NCBI GenBank assembly: GCA_052390235.1
Contig: JBQTHB010000005.1
Span: 32,001-96,000, forward strand
Direction of reading: 5' to 3'
From: Deltaproteobacteria bacterium
GTDB lineage: Bacteria; Desulfobacterota_D; UBA1144; Nemesobacterales; CSP1-2
DNA: 64,000 nt
Under the pieces are notes generated by a model. It had not been told where the DNA came from and made no database searches. It worked only from the letters and a program-made list of their open reading frames with translations. This document shows, piece after piece, positions 1 to 9,539 of the stretch; position 1 is the first letter of the stretch; every line of letters begins with the position of its first letter. Made by a program: the position numbers and the translations under genes.

Positions 1-2
1 TT

Positions 3-104
3 TTCATTAGGAAAGAGGGCTTCAGCCTCTATTTCCCCATAGCCTCGTCAATTGCTCTGAGCGCACTTATCACACTAATTCTCAATATCGCGCTGAGAAA
101 ATAG
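3..104 (+). CDS. 3' end of a small membrane protein, DUF2905-like (partial, begins upstream of window)
   Basis: Manual translation from nt 3 gives FIRKEGFSLYFPIASSIALSALITLILNIALRK-stop (TAG 102-104). The 'F.LYFPI..SI.LS' pattern resembles the DUF2905 C-terminus. Confidence 0.6.
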   Translation, partial: FIRKEGFSLYFPIASSIALSALITLILNIALRK

Positions 105-185
105 CCGAATAAATTTCCCTACCGCCCGCCTTCGCCATTTTGTATAATTAAGGCAGGCTCAAAATCTCAACCGAGGTGTAAATTA

Positions 186-668
186 ATGAACCCCCCCCGC
201 GTGCCTCAAATTATCCTCGCCGCCCTTCTCGTCATCGCCGGAGTGGTTTCCATAGCCGCCGCCGATGAACCGCAGAAGCCGCAGGCGAAGCCCCTCATCA
301 CGGTCTATAAAAGCCCCAAGTGCGGTTGCTGCTCCAAGTGGGTCGAGTATATGCGCAAAAATGGATTCGAGGTCGTCGCCAACAACACCTCCGAAATGGC
401 TCAAATCAAAGCCAAATACGGAGTGCCAAGCGGGTTTGGCTCCTGCCACACGTCTCTGGTTGACGGCTATGTGGTCGAGGGACACGTTCCCGTTCACGTT
501 GTCGAGAGACTCCTCAAAGAGCGCCCCAAGGTAGCCGGCATCACCGTGCCTGATATGCCCATGGGCTCTCCCGGCATGGAAGGAGAATACAACGAGTCCT
601 ACGAAGTGTTCACCTTCGATGCAAGTGGCAAAAGAGAGGTCTATGAAATCATCAAAGGGGTAAATTAG
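186..668 (+). CDS. Periplasmic metal-binding protein, DUF411/CopG-like
   Basis: Signal peptide; VYKSPKCGCC, SCHT, EGHVP and MPMGSPGM motifs. Confidence 0.85.
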   Translation: MNPPRVPQIILAALLVIAGVVSIAAADEPQKPQAKPLITVYKSPKCGCCSKWVEYMRKNGFEVVANNTSEMAQIKAKYGVPSGFGSCHTSLVDGYVVEGHVPVHVVERLLKERPKVAGITVPDMPMGSPGMEGEYNESYEVFTFDASGKREVYEIIKGVN

Positions 669-783
669 CCCAGATACGGGCGCAAAACCCGCCTCTGGCG
701 AGATTTTATCAAGAAGCGCTTCAATTTATAGCGCGAAGTTTCTATTATGATTGACGATTCACGAAACTAGCCTCGTAATGAGT

Positions 784-1890
784 CTAAGCGCGGCGCTGAA
801 ATATCTTTCCCGGCAGCTGAGAGATTGACCCTGCTAATTCCAGAGAGAGCAGAGCCGAGAGTGCCCTTCCCGAATCCATGCCCGTAGCCTGGAGGATTTG
901 GTCAATGTGCGCCGCGCCGTCCCCAAGGGCGAGATAGATTGCCCTCTCCTCCTGCGAGAGATTATCGGGGTCGGGAGATTCGGCCTTTTGGCCGCCGCTC
1001 CCTCTGGAGAATTTCCCCAGAGATGAAATCTCGCTTAATATGTCCTCAGCCGACTCCACGAGCTTTGCCCCCTGCTTTATCAGCTTATTCGTCCCCGCGC
1101 TCTGCTTATTGCCCACGTTTCCCGGCACGGCGAACACGTCCCTGCCCTGCTCAAGAGCAAACGATGCCGTGATGAGAGAACCGCTTTTCTCGGACGCCTG
1201 AACCACCAGCACCGCCAGCGAAAGCCCGCTTATTATCCGGTTTCTCCGCGGGAAATTCACCGCATCGGGAAGCGCGCCCATTGGGAATTCAGATATGACC
1301 GCTCCTCGGCGGGAGATCTGCTCGTAGAGCTTTTTATTCTCCGGCGGATATATCACATCGAGCCCTGAGCCCAGAACCGCGATGGTTCTCGCTCCCTTTT
1401 TCAGCGCCGCCGCATGGGCGATTGAATCCGTGCCGCGAGCCATTCCACTCACTAACACGACGTTCATCCCAGCGAGCTCTTCGGAGAGCTTCTCGGCGAC
1501 CATTCTGCCGTAGCGGTCGGGGACTCTCGTGCCAACGACGGCAACCGCCGCCTCGTCTTCGGGGGCAAGTTCGCCGATGACGTAGAGAAAAGGCGGGGGA
1601 TTATAGACATTGGACAGATTTTTAGGATAGTCGGGGTCTGATAGCAAGACGAGCCGGAAGCCAGATTTTTTGATTTTCGAGATTTCACTCCCGACCCTAT
1701 CCCAGTTGGAGAAGCCCTTTATAGCCTCAGCCGTTTTCTCGCCTATGCCCTCCACGCCCTGAAGCTCGCGCAAACCCGCCTCAAGGGCGTTTTTCGGGGT
1801 TTTAAATCTGGCAAGGAGATTTCGGAACAAAACCTCGCCTACGCCGCTAATCATCCTCAGGGCTATCCAATATTTCCATTCCTCCGCCAT
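784..1890 (-). CDS. dprA: DNA-processing protein DprA (Smf)
   Basis: VAVVGTR, VSGMARGTD, FPRRNRIISGLS, SGSLITA, GRDVFAVPG motifs; C-terminal winged helix LLSLELAG. Confidence 0.96.
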   Translation of the reverse strand: MAEEWKYWIALRMISGVGEVLFRNLLARFKTPKNALEAGLRELQGVEGIGEKTAEAIKGFSNWDRVGSEISKIKKSGFRLVLLSDPDYPKNLSNVYNPPPFLYVIGELAPEDEAAVAVVGTRVPDRYGRMVAEKLSEELAGMNVVLVSGMARGTDSIAHAAALKKGARTIAVLGSGLDVIYPPENKKLYEQISRRGAVISEFPMGALPDAVNFPRRNRIISGLSLAVLVVQASEKSGSLITASFALEQGRDVFAVPGNVGNKQSAGTNKLIKQGAKLVESAEDILSEISSLGKFSRGSGGQKAESPDPDNLSQEERAIYLALGDGAAHIDQILQATGMDSGRALSALLSLELAGSISQLPGKIFQRRA

Positions 1891-2035
1891 CGGGTAGAGA
1901 TTATCACACCGAGCCGATATTTACAGCCGAGGCAGCCGCCCCCGCGCTAGGCTGAACCTTCCGAAGGGAAATCTTGCTCTAAATACCTGAAGCGTGTAAA
2001 ATCCCACTAAATTAACGCAGTCTAAGGAGGAGCAG

Positions 2036-2884
2036 ATGGCACAATACGCGCATCCAGAGATTTTAGTCAGCACACAGTGGGTAGCCGACCATGCGGGCGA
2101 TGCCGGGGTAAAGGTACTCGAATCGGACGAAGATATAATCCTCTACGACATCGGACACGTCGCCGGCTCGATAAAAATTGACTGGCAGACCGAGCTTCAG
2201 GACTCGCTGATAAGGGACTACATAAACAGAGAGAAATTTGAAAAACTGCTCTCCGATAAAGGCATCTCAAACGAGGACGCCGTTGTTTTCTACGGGGATA
2301 AAAGCAACTGGTGGGCGTGCTACGCCTTTTGGACGTTTAAGCTCTACGGGCATGAAAAATGCCTCATCATGAACGGCGGACGCCACAAGTGGATTGAGGA
2401 AAAACGCCCACTCACCAGAGAAATCCCTTCATATCCGAAGACAAGCTACAGGGTATCGCGCATTGACGAGTCCATCCGCGCCTACAGGGATGACGTGCTG
2501 GCGCATATCCAATCCGGCGGACGGCTGATTGATGTGCGCTCCAACAAGGAATACACCGGAGAACTCCTGCACATGGAGGCGTATCCTCAGGAAGGGGCGC
2601 TCAGGGGCGGACACATTCCGGGGGCGAAGAACGTGCCTTGGGCGTGGGCGGCAAAAGAGGACGGCACGTTTAAATCCGCCGAGGAGCTACGCGCTATCTA
2701 CGAGGGCGAGCAGGGCGGGCTTAACCCCTCGGATGACGTCGTTGCTTACTGCCGCATCGGCGAGAGGTCTTCGCACACGTGGTTTGTTCTCACCTATCTG
2801 CTGGGCTACGACAAGGTAAGAAACTACGACGGCTCTTGGACGGAATGGGGGAATTTGGTCAAAGCCCCGATCGAAAAGCCGTAA
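2036..2884 (+). CDS. Tandem-domain rhodanese / thiosulfate sulfurtransferase (SseA-like)
   Basis: LVSTQW, GHIPGA, active site YCRIGERS, C-terminal [10 protein letters not shown] signature; SD AAGGAGG upstream. Confidence 0.93.
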   Translation: MAQYAHPEILVSTQWVADHAGDAGVKVLESDEDIILYDIGHVAGSIKIDWQTELQDSLIRDYINREKFEKLLSDKGISNEDAVVFYGDKSNWWACYAFWTFKLYGHEKCLIMNGGRHKWIEEKRPLTREIPSYPKTSYRVSRIDESIRAYRDDVLAHIQSGGRLIDVRSNKEYTGELLHMEAYPQEGALRGGHIPGAKNVPWAWAAKEDGTFKSAEELRAIYEGEQGGLNPSDDVVAYCRIGERSSHTWFVLTYLLGYDKVRNYDGSWTEWGNLVKAPIEKP

Positions 2885-2922
2885 AGAGTCTCCGGGCAGT
2901 GGGGGGGATGGGAAATCGAGCT

Positions 2923-3327
2923 ATGGGCATGGATCGCGAAGAGCTAATGACGATAATCATGGATCACTACGAGAGCCCTCGCAACTACGGGGCGCTCGAA
3001 GATGCCGATGTAGCTCAAAAAGGGGGAAATCCGGGTTGCGGGGACATCATAACGATATACCTAAGGGTTGACTCCGAGGGGAAAATCACGGCGGCAAACT
3101 TCGACGGGCAGGGCTGTATCGTGAGCCAAGCGGCAACTTCGATGATTACCGAACTCATCACGGGAAAAACCATCGCCGAAGTGGAGGAGATGACTCCCGA
3201 TGTGATAACCGAGCTTCTCGGCAAGGAGCTTCCGCTGAGCCGCCCAAGGTGCGCATCGCTCGGACTCGGCACGGCAAAGCTCGCCGCGAGGGAATTGAGA
3301 AGAAAACAGATGATAAACGGGAGCTGA
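2923..3327 (+). CDS. SufU/IscU (NifU N-terminal) family Fe-S scaffold / sulfur-acceptor protein
   Basis: IMDHYESPRNYG, NPGCGD, GQGCIVSQA, RPRCA (three conserved Cys). Start moved from ORF-track 2779 to ATG 2923 (2908 or 2929 also possible). Confidence 0.88.
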   Translation: MGMDREELMTIIMDHYESPRNYGALEDADVAQKGGNPGCGDIITIYLRVDSEGKITAANFDGQGCIVSQAATSMITELITGKTIAEVEEMTPDVITELLGKELPLSRPRCASLGLGTAKLAARELRRKQMINGS

Positions 3328-3403
3328 TGCGCTTTTTTATCCCCTGCCGCTATTGTCAAACGAATCCCGCAGCGGCACGCTCTCCACTCGCCGCGCTGCG
3401 AGG

Positions 3404-3682
3404 CTAATTTACCGAAATTAGATTCTTAATCCGCTCGAATTTTTTATCGCCTATGCCTTTTACGTTTTTTATCTCTTCGACGGTCTTAAATCCCCCGTTT
3501 ACGCGCCTGTATTCGATTATTTTCTCGGCGGTTTTCTCGCCGACATAGGGCAGGGAGTCGAGCTGCGCGGCTGAGGCGGTGTTTATGTTGATTTTCCCGA
3601 CCGCGCGAGGCTCATCTGCCAAGGCTTGGGCAAATAGGACACAAAGCGCCGGAACTATTAAGAATCGCGCCCATCTGTTCAT
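3404..3682 (-). CDS. ComEA-like helix-hairpin-helix DNA-binding protein
   Basis: Signal peptide, KININTAS, two HhH motifs (LPYVGEKTA, VKGIGDK). Confidence 0.9.
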   Translation of the reverse strand: MNRWARFLIVPALCVLFAQALADEPRAVGKININTASAAQLDSLPYVGEKTAEKIIEYRRVNGGFKTVEEIKNVKGIGDKKFERIKNLISVN

Positions 3683-3828
3683 CTTTCACCTCTCTGATCT
3701 CAAAAAGCGCTTCGGGCAGGAGTCAGCAAAAAATAGCAGGAGGAGTCGGCGTGTCTAATGATTATCTATAACGCCGATTCAGCCGGAATTCAATACCGCA
3801 GCAGAGGCGGGCGAGGCATCGCAGAATT

Positions 3829-4623
3829 TCAGATTTCCTGAAGCAATCCCCTGAGGTCGGGCAGTATATAATCGGGCTTGATGTCGGAATTGGATGCGTC
3901 CGCCTCGGTTGTCGAGCCTGAGAGGACGAGAATAGTCTTGAATCCGGCGCGGATGCCGCCTAGGATGTCGGTGTCGAGCCGGTCTCCGATGACGGCGACT
4001 CTCCCGCCGGCGGGGAGAAGATTCGATGCAATTTTAAACATCAGTGGCTCAGGCTTTCCTACGGCGACGGCTCTTTTCGATGAGGCAACCTCGATGGAGG
4101 CTAAAATTGCCCCAGTAGCCGGCACAACCCCCTCAGGCGTGGGAAAAGCGGGGTCGCGGTTGGTGGCGAAAAAATACGCCCCGCTTCTCAGGGCGAGGGT
4201 TGCGGTTTTCATCTCTGCGTAGTTAAATCCGGTGTGTCCGCCGACAATGACAAAATCTGCGCGTCTAGCCTCTTGTCCGTCGCAGAGGGTGAATCCCGCG
4301 GCGGCAATTTCCCTTTTGAGGGAGGACGTTCCGACGACGTAGGCTGTTTTTCCGTCTAACGGGTAATTTTCTTTGATGTGGATGGCAGTCGCCACGGCGG
4401 ACGTGATTACGTCGCGGGGGGCGGCGGCTATTCCCATGGACGCCAATTTCTCGGCGTAACCCGAGGCGGATGCTCTGGGGTCATTCGTGATAAAAATCAA
4501 ACCCTTTCCCGCCCGCCGGAGAGCGCCGAGGGTCTGCGCGGCGCCCGAGGTTAGGGTATCGCCCACATAGACGACGCCGTCGAGGTCAAGCAGAAAATTA
4601 TCAAATAAATCAGATAGTCTCAT
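3829..4623 (-). CDS. HAD-superfamily class IIA hydrolase (NagD-like phosphatase)
   Basis: DLDGVVY, FITND, VGKP, IGDRLDTDI motifs. Confidence 0.93.
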   Translation of the reverse strand: MRLSDLFDNFLLDLDGVVYVGDTLTSGAAQTLGALRRAGKGLIFITNDPRASASGYAEKLASMGIAAAPRDVITSAVATAIHIKENYPLDGKTAYVVGTSSLKREIAAAGFTLCDGQEARRADFVIVGGHTGFNYAEMKTATLALRSGAYFFATNRDPAFPTPEGVVPATGAILASIEVASSKRAVAVGKPEPLMFKIASNLLPAGGRVAVIGDRLDTDILGGIRAGFKTILVLSGSTTEADASNSDIKPDYILPDLRGLLQEI

Positions 4624-4693
4624 AGGTAAACGCCAAAGCGGGCGAGCAGAAGGGACGGCAAAATGCCTGTAATCACCGCGCGCGCTATTTGGA

Positions 4694-5020
4694 TCAGTCT
4701 CCCCAGATGTGGCGCATAAGCTCTTTTTGCTTATCGTCGCGAACGAAATTGCGCTTAATCAGGATTACCCTCATTTCGTCGTCCTGCGCCATTTCTACGC
4801 CAATGAGACGCAGCACATCCCCAGCCGCTTTTCTATAGCCCTCATAAAAATCCGTGGTCTCGCCTGCCGACTTTACGGTTGCCGAATCGAGATAGAGCGC
4901 TATAGCGACAAATTCCTTTGGTATATCGTCTTCAATCTCAATACTGTAGCCCTGAAGCGTATCCACAAGCAGGTGCTTTTTCCACATATCTAGTATATCG
5001 TCATATTCATCTACTCTCAT
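4694..5020 (-). CDS. Hypothetical acidic protein (108 aa)
   Basis: ATG with GAGGA SD upstream; co-oriented with the HAD gene; no motif recognised. Confidence 0.7.
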   Translation of the reverse strand: MRVDEYDDILDMWKKHLLVDTLQGYSIEIEDDIPKEFVAIALYLDSATVKSAGETTDFYEGYRKAAGDVLRLIGVEMAQDDEMRVILIKRNFVRDDKQKELMRHIWGD

Positions 5021-5140
5021 CTCTGTTTATTCCTCGCCGGCTAGTGTTATAGGTTTTACTACGGAGCAGTAATTATACCGAATTGAAATAATTTTAAAAA
5101 CTCCGCTTTAGATACTCCAATTTATGGAAGAAATTGTTTA

Positions 5141-5170
5141 TTGACACTATTTACCAGTTTATGATATGTT
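5141..5170 (+). promoter_or_regulatory. Candidate sigma70 promoter for the 5204-14874 operon
   Basis: TTGACA (5141-5146), 18 nt, then TATGTT with a TG extension, in an AT-rich intergenic region. Confidence 0.45.
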
Positions 5171-5203
5171 TTAATTTGCAATCGCCAACTGGAGACCTGT
5201 TCC

Positions 5204-7042
5204 ATGGTAATAATAAATCGCCGCAGAAACTTCAGGTGCTGTTCACTTGTTTTCATCTTTTCAATTCTCATAGGATTATACGGCTGTAGCGCTCAGGACA
5301 CAGAGGGGGGGTTAGGGCCCAACCCCGGCGACCCCTCGTTTGACACGGAAGACCCGCTCACCTCCGCCGACGTGCGTCTCATCATTCAGCGAGCCGCAAC
5401 AGAAGCGGTGAGGCTCAACACCCCAGTAACGATAACAGTGGTTGACAGGGGCGGAAACGTCCTTGGAGCTTTCCGAATGAACGGCGCTCCTGAGACGACG
5501 CTTATAGGCTCGCAAGACCCTGACAGAATCCAAGCCGCTCCTTTTGCCGATAGAGGGCTTGAGCTGTTCAGAGTCCGCTCGGATTTGGCGGCGATTTCTA
5601 AAGCGGGGGCGGCGGCGTTTTTATCCACCTCAGGCAACGCATTTACGCCCCTTACTGCAAGCGATATTATTCAGGAACACAGACCGGTGGGGATAAATTT
5701 CACCGCGAGCGGCCCCCTGTTCGGAGTCCAGTTCTCAAGCCTCCCCTGCACGGACATTAAGAATAACCCCCCCCTGCCGCTTGGACTTGCTGGAGACCCC
5801 GGCGGGATTCCGCTCTATAAAAACGGCGATTTAGCGGGCGCAATAGGGGTTGAAGGCGCTCTTGAAGCCGTAGTGATAGGCGGAGTCGAGATGCAGACAG
5901 CCCGCTACACGATTGACACCAACCCGAACGGCGAAGGCGCTCCGGCGGAGGAATTAATTGCGGTTGCCGGCTCATTTGGCTTTGAAGCCCCAGATATTAT
6001 TCGAGCCGACAGGATTCTGCTCGATGGTCTCACCCTTCCATATACAAAATCCTCAGGAAATCCAAGCGCGCCCGAAAGTTTAATACCGTTTTTCTCCCTT
6101 CCCGGAAGCGTAGTTGATATTCGCATTACGGGCCTAGGCGGCGTTCCCGACACAGTATTTTTCGACGGCGCCATCCGAAACACCCCCGACCCCAACTACG
6201 GATTCAGAAGCGCTACCATAGGAGGCATACCGGGGAGAATCGCCGTTGACGCCGCCGGAAACAACCGTTTCCCGTTCAGGGCAAGCGCCTCAGGCGGGCT
6301 TTCGGCTAGAGAAGTGCAGACGATACTTGAAAATGCAATAGCGCGGGCATTTAGCCTCCGCGCCGCCATCAGGCAACCGTCGGGGAACTTTGTCGAGGTC
6401 AATGTTTTCGTGGTTGATGAAAATGGAGCGGCGCTTGGGTACTTCGGCACGCCGGACGCCCCGTTCTTTGGCTTCGATGTTTCGATGCAAAAAGCGCGCC
6501 TTGCCGCCTTTGCCAGCAACTCCCGCGCCGCTTCGGAACTCAGAAGGGTGGGTCTGGGAAATTTCGTTGACTCAGGCATTGCCGACGGCATCTTTCTCGA
6601 CGGCTCGATAGCCTTTAGCAACCGCGCATTCGGATTCCTGAACCGACCCTTTTTCCCGGACGATATTGACGGCACAGAAGCGGGTCCCTATTCGAGAGAT
6701 ATATCAATTTGGAGTCCGTTTAATGTGGGACTGCAGCTGAGCCTCGTCGCCGGAAGCGTGCTTCGCGTCCTTTCCGGGCAGGAGGCTCTGGGGCGGGGAT
6801 GCGCCGGAATTGCGGGACTTGAAAGCGGGATACAGATATTTGCCGGAAGCGTGCCGCTCTATAAAAACGGGAGGCTCGTCGGGGCGGTAGGCGTAAGCGG
6901 AGATGGAATTGACCAAGACGATTTTGTCGCGTTCTCAGGAAGCGAAGGATTTGAAGCGCCCGAAGAGATTCGCTCGGACTCGGCGTTTGTCCGTCAGGTG
7001 AGACTACCTTTCGTCAGGCTTCCGAGAAATCCGTTTAGATAG
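5204..7042 (+). CDS. Lipoprotein with two GlcG/HbpS-like (heme-binding, PF03928-like) domains
   Basis: Lipobox LYGC; two copies of the GlcG pattern (VVDRGGNVL...GGIPLYKNGDLAGAIGVEG and VVDENGAAL...GSVPLYKNGRLVGAVGVSG). Confidence 0.8.
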   Translation: MVIINRRRNFRCCSLVFIFSILIGLYGCSAQDTEGGLGPNPGDPSFDTEDPLTSADVRLIIQRAATEAVRLNTPVTITVVDRGGNVLGAFRMNGAPETTLIGSQDPDRIQAAPFADRGLELFRVRSDLAAISKAGAAAFLSTSGNAFTPLTASDIIQEHRPVGINFTASGPLFGVQFSSLPCTDIKNNPPLPLGLAGDPGGIPLYKNGDLAGAIGVEGALEAVVIGGVEMQTARYTIDTNPNGEGAPAEELIAVAGSFGFEAPDIIRADRILLDGLTLPYTKSSGNPSAPESLIPFFSLPGSVVDIRITGLGGVPDTVFFDGAIRNTPDPNYGFRSATIGGIPGRIAVDAAGNNRFPFRASASGGLSAREVQTILENAIARAFSLRAAIRQPSGNFVEVNVFVVDENGAALGYFGTPDAPFFGFDVSMQKARLAAFASNSRAASELRRVGLGNFVDSGIADGIFLDGSIAFSNRAFGFLNRPFFPDDIDGTEAGPYSRDISIWSPFNVGLQLSLVAGSVLRVLSGQEALGRGCAGIAGLESGIQIFAGSVPLYKNGRLVGAVGVSGDGIDQDDFVAFSGSEGFEAPEEIRSDSAFVRQVRLPFVRLPRNPFR

Positions 7043-7165
7043 CGCCGCAGCTTCCGGCTTGACGCTAGCGCTAGCGCCCGGCAGATAATTGATTCAAAAT
7101 TTATTGCAGTCCCAGCTTTAAGTCAGCGGTTAGGCGTTATATCTCCAGAACACTTTGGGGTTGAA

Positions 7166-9490
7166 ATGCAGATACGAGCAGAGTTTTTAACGAAATCGGT
7201 TTTGGTATCGGCTTTTGTTTTTATCAGCGCGCTAACCAGAATATCGGACGGCGAGGATGCCGGCATCCTCGCAGGCTTGAAATTTGGAATCGCGCCGCTT
7301 GCCGCCGCGCAGACCTCGTTTGAAAACGCCTCCGACTATATGCTGCTTGCCCAAAAAACTGTATCGCACAAGGCTCAACATAGAGACAGCGCCCCTGATA
7401 ATCCTCATGGCGGCGACTCATTTCCCCCCGTCCTCTTGGCTTTAGCCGATTCCAAACCGTCGGAAGCAGAAGCAATTGCCGAAGAGACGGAATTTATCTC
7501 TGCTCAGGAAGACGAAGCAGAGTTTACGCTCCCGCAGGAGGCGGTTGAAGCGGCGGCTACTCCATTAGCCAAGCAGGATAATACCGAATCTTCTCCAGAT
7601 GAGAGGGTTTCAGATGGCTTCAACACCCCGGCTCTCGTAGTGGAATCCGAAGAAGGCGAGATTGAATACGGGCAGACCCCCGACCTATACGTTCAGGGGC
7701 AATCCGGGGTGTTTTATAATCCCGATTCCCACTCCTTCGGCTCTGTTGTCCTAGCCCAAAGCACCCTTGATGAGGAACTGCTGAGACGACGAGACGCGGA
7801 GGAGAGTATCAAAGAAGAAATCCCCCTCCAGAAAGCCCCCGGCAGACAGCCCTCCACGCAAGACCCAAGCCAGAGCGAAGAGGATATTATCAAACAGGGC
7901 GATATTGACGAGAACGCCGAGACCGTCCCTCCGCTATTTGAAGAGGAGTTCATCCCCGACCGCTCGGCTAAATCCATATTGGACAGATGGCGTCTGCTCT
8001 ATAATCGCAACTTAATTGACCCCTACAACCAGAACGTGTTAAAAGGGGATTATCCCGTCATCGGCGACGAGATTTTTTTCTCCTTCACCGGAATCAGCGA
8101 CACTCTGTTTGAATTCCGCGAGATTCCCACCATCGTAGGGCCCAGCGCCGGCAGTTCGGGCAGCTTCGGTTTCTTCGGCAAAGACAATCAGGCTTTTTTG
8201 CGCCATAACCTACTGCTGAGGTTTGAGCTTTTCAAGGGAGCTACGGCTTTTAAACCCCTCGATTGGTCTATAAACGCCGTTCTTGCCATCAACCTTCCCG
8301 AATACCTGAAGGTTCAGGAAACCGGCGTCGTAAACGCCAATTTTACCAACGGCACGTCGAGAACCACCGGCGATATACGCCTTCAGGAACTGTCCTACGA
8401 ATACCACCTCAAAGATATATCCGACAGATATGATTTCATTTCAGCCGAGGTAGGAATCCAGCCTTTTAACCTCGACTTCAGAGGATTCGTATTTCTCGAT
8501 ACGAACTTAGGGGCGCGATTCTTCGGCACGTACGACAATAACAGGTTTCAGTACAACGTCGCATTTTTCGACCAATTAGAGAAAGACACAACGAGCGAAT
8601 TTAACACCCTCGAGAGGCGCGACCAGCAAATACTCCTCGCAAACATCTATCGAGAGGACTTCATCTGGCTTGGTTACACCACTCAATTCAGCCTGCTCTA
8701 CACGCACGACGACGGCAACGTAAAATTCGACGATAACAGATTTCTCGTGAGACCCGACGTCGTAGGAGACGCTCAGCCCCGCGACCTCGATATTTTATAC
8801 TTCGGCTGGACGAGCAACGGACACATCGGCACGATAAATGTCAACCACGCCGCCTACTTAGCCATCGGCAAAGACGACAGAAACCCACTTGCCGGGCGCG
8901 AGACAAATATTTTCGGACACATGGCGGCACTAGAGCTTTCAAGGGATTTTGACTGGTACAGACCAAAAGTGTCAGTTTTCTATTCATCCGGCGATAACTC
9001 CCCCACGAGCGGCACGGCTTCGGGATTCGACACGATTCTCGATAAGCCCAATTTCTCAGGCGGCGCGTTCAGCTTCTGGAATCGCCAAGGGATAAGGCTT
9101 CTGGGCGTGGGACTCAATCAGCGCGAAAGCCTCGTTCCTAGCCTCCGTAGCAGTAAAATCGAGGGACAGCCCAATTTCGTCAACCCCGGAATATTCATTG
9201 CAAACGTCGGGCTTGACGTTGAAACGACACCCAAACTAAGGACCTTCTTCAACATCAATTACCTGCGGTTTGTCCATACGAACCCTCTGGAGGACTTCCT
9301 TGACCAGCCAAACATCAGGAACGACATAGGATTCGATTTGAGCATGGGTTTTTTCTACCGCCCCCTTCTCACGAACAACATCATTTTAACGGGCGGGGTA
9401 GCCACATTGCTTCCGGGCGAAGGATTTAAGGATATACTGACCGACAACAACCTGTTCCAAGCCTTTATGAACGTCATATTTGAGTTTTAG
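7166..9490 (+). CDS. Probable outer-membrane beta-barrel protein with long acidic N-terminal extension
   Basis: N-terminal hydrophobic stretch; ~250 aa Glu/Ser-rich low-complexity region; then alternating aromatic/hydrophobic strands ending in terminal Phe (MNVIFEF). Confidence 0.7.
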   Translation: MQIRAEFLTKSVLVSAFVFISALTRISDGEDAGILAGLKFGIAPLAAAQTSFENASDYMLLAQKTVSHKAQHRDSAPDNPHGGDSFPPVLLALADSKPSEAEAIAEETEFISAQEDEAEFTLPQEAVEAAATPLAKQDNTESSPDERVSDGFNTPALVVESEEGEIEYGQTPDLYVQGQSGVFYNPDSHSFGSVVLAQSTLDEELLRRRDAEESIKEEIPLQKAPGRQPSTQDPSQSEEDIIKQGDIDENAETVPPLFEEEFIPDRSAKSILDRWRLLYNRNLIDPYNQNVLKGDYPVIGDEIFFSFTGISDTLFEFREIPTIVGPSAGSSGSFGFFGKDNQAFLRHNLLLRFELFKGATAFKPLDWSINAVLAINLPEYLKVQETGVVNANFTNGTSRTTGDIRLQELSYEYHLKDISDRYDFISAEVGIQPFNLDFRGFVFLDTNLGARFFGTYDNNRFQYNVAFFDQLEKDTTSEFNTLERRDQQILLANIYREDFIWLGYTTQFSLLYTHDDGNVKFDDNRFLVRPDVVGDAQPRDLDILYFGWTSNGHIGTINVNHAAYLAIGKDDRNPLAGRETNIFGHMAALELSRDFDWYRPKVSVFYSSGDNSPTSGTASGFDTILDKPNFSGGAFSFWNRQGIRLLGVGLNQRESLVPSLRSSKIEGQPNFVNPGIFIANVGLDVETTPKLRTFFNINYLRFVHTNPLEDFLDQPNIRNDIGFDLSMGFFYRPLLTNNIILTGGVATLLPGEGFKDILTDNNLFQAFMNVIFEF

Positions 9491-9539
9491 ACCGCCGCTG
9501 GGCGCTACCGCACTAGGATAGAGTCAGGAGGAAAAAGGT

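Noticed and set aside
2923..3327. Nitrogen fixation NifU
   Set aside because: Single U-type domain only; no nif genes nearby.
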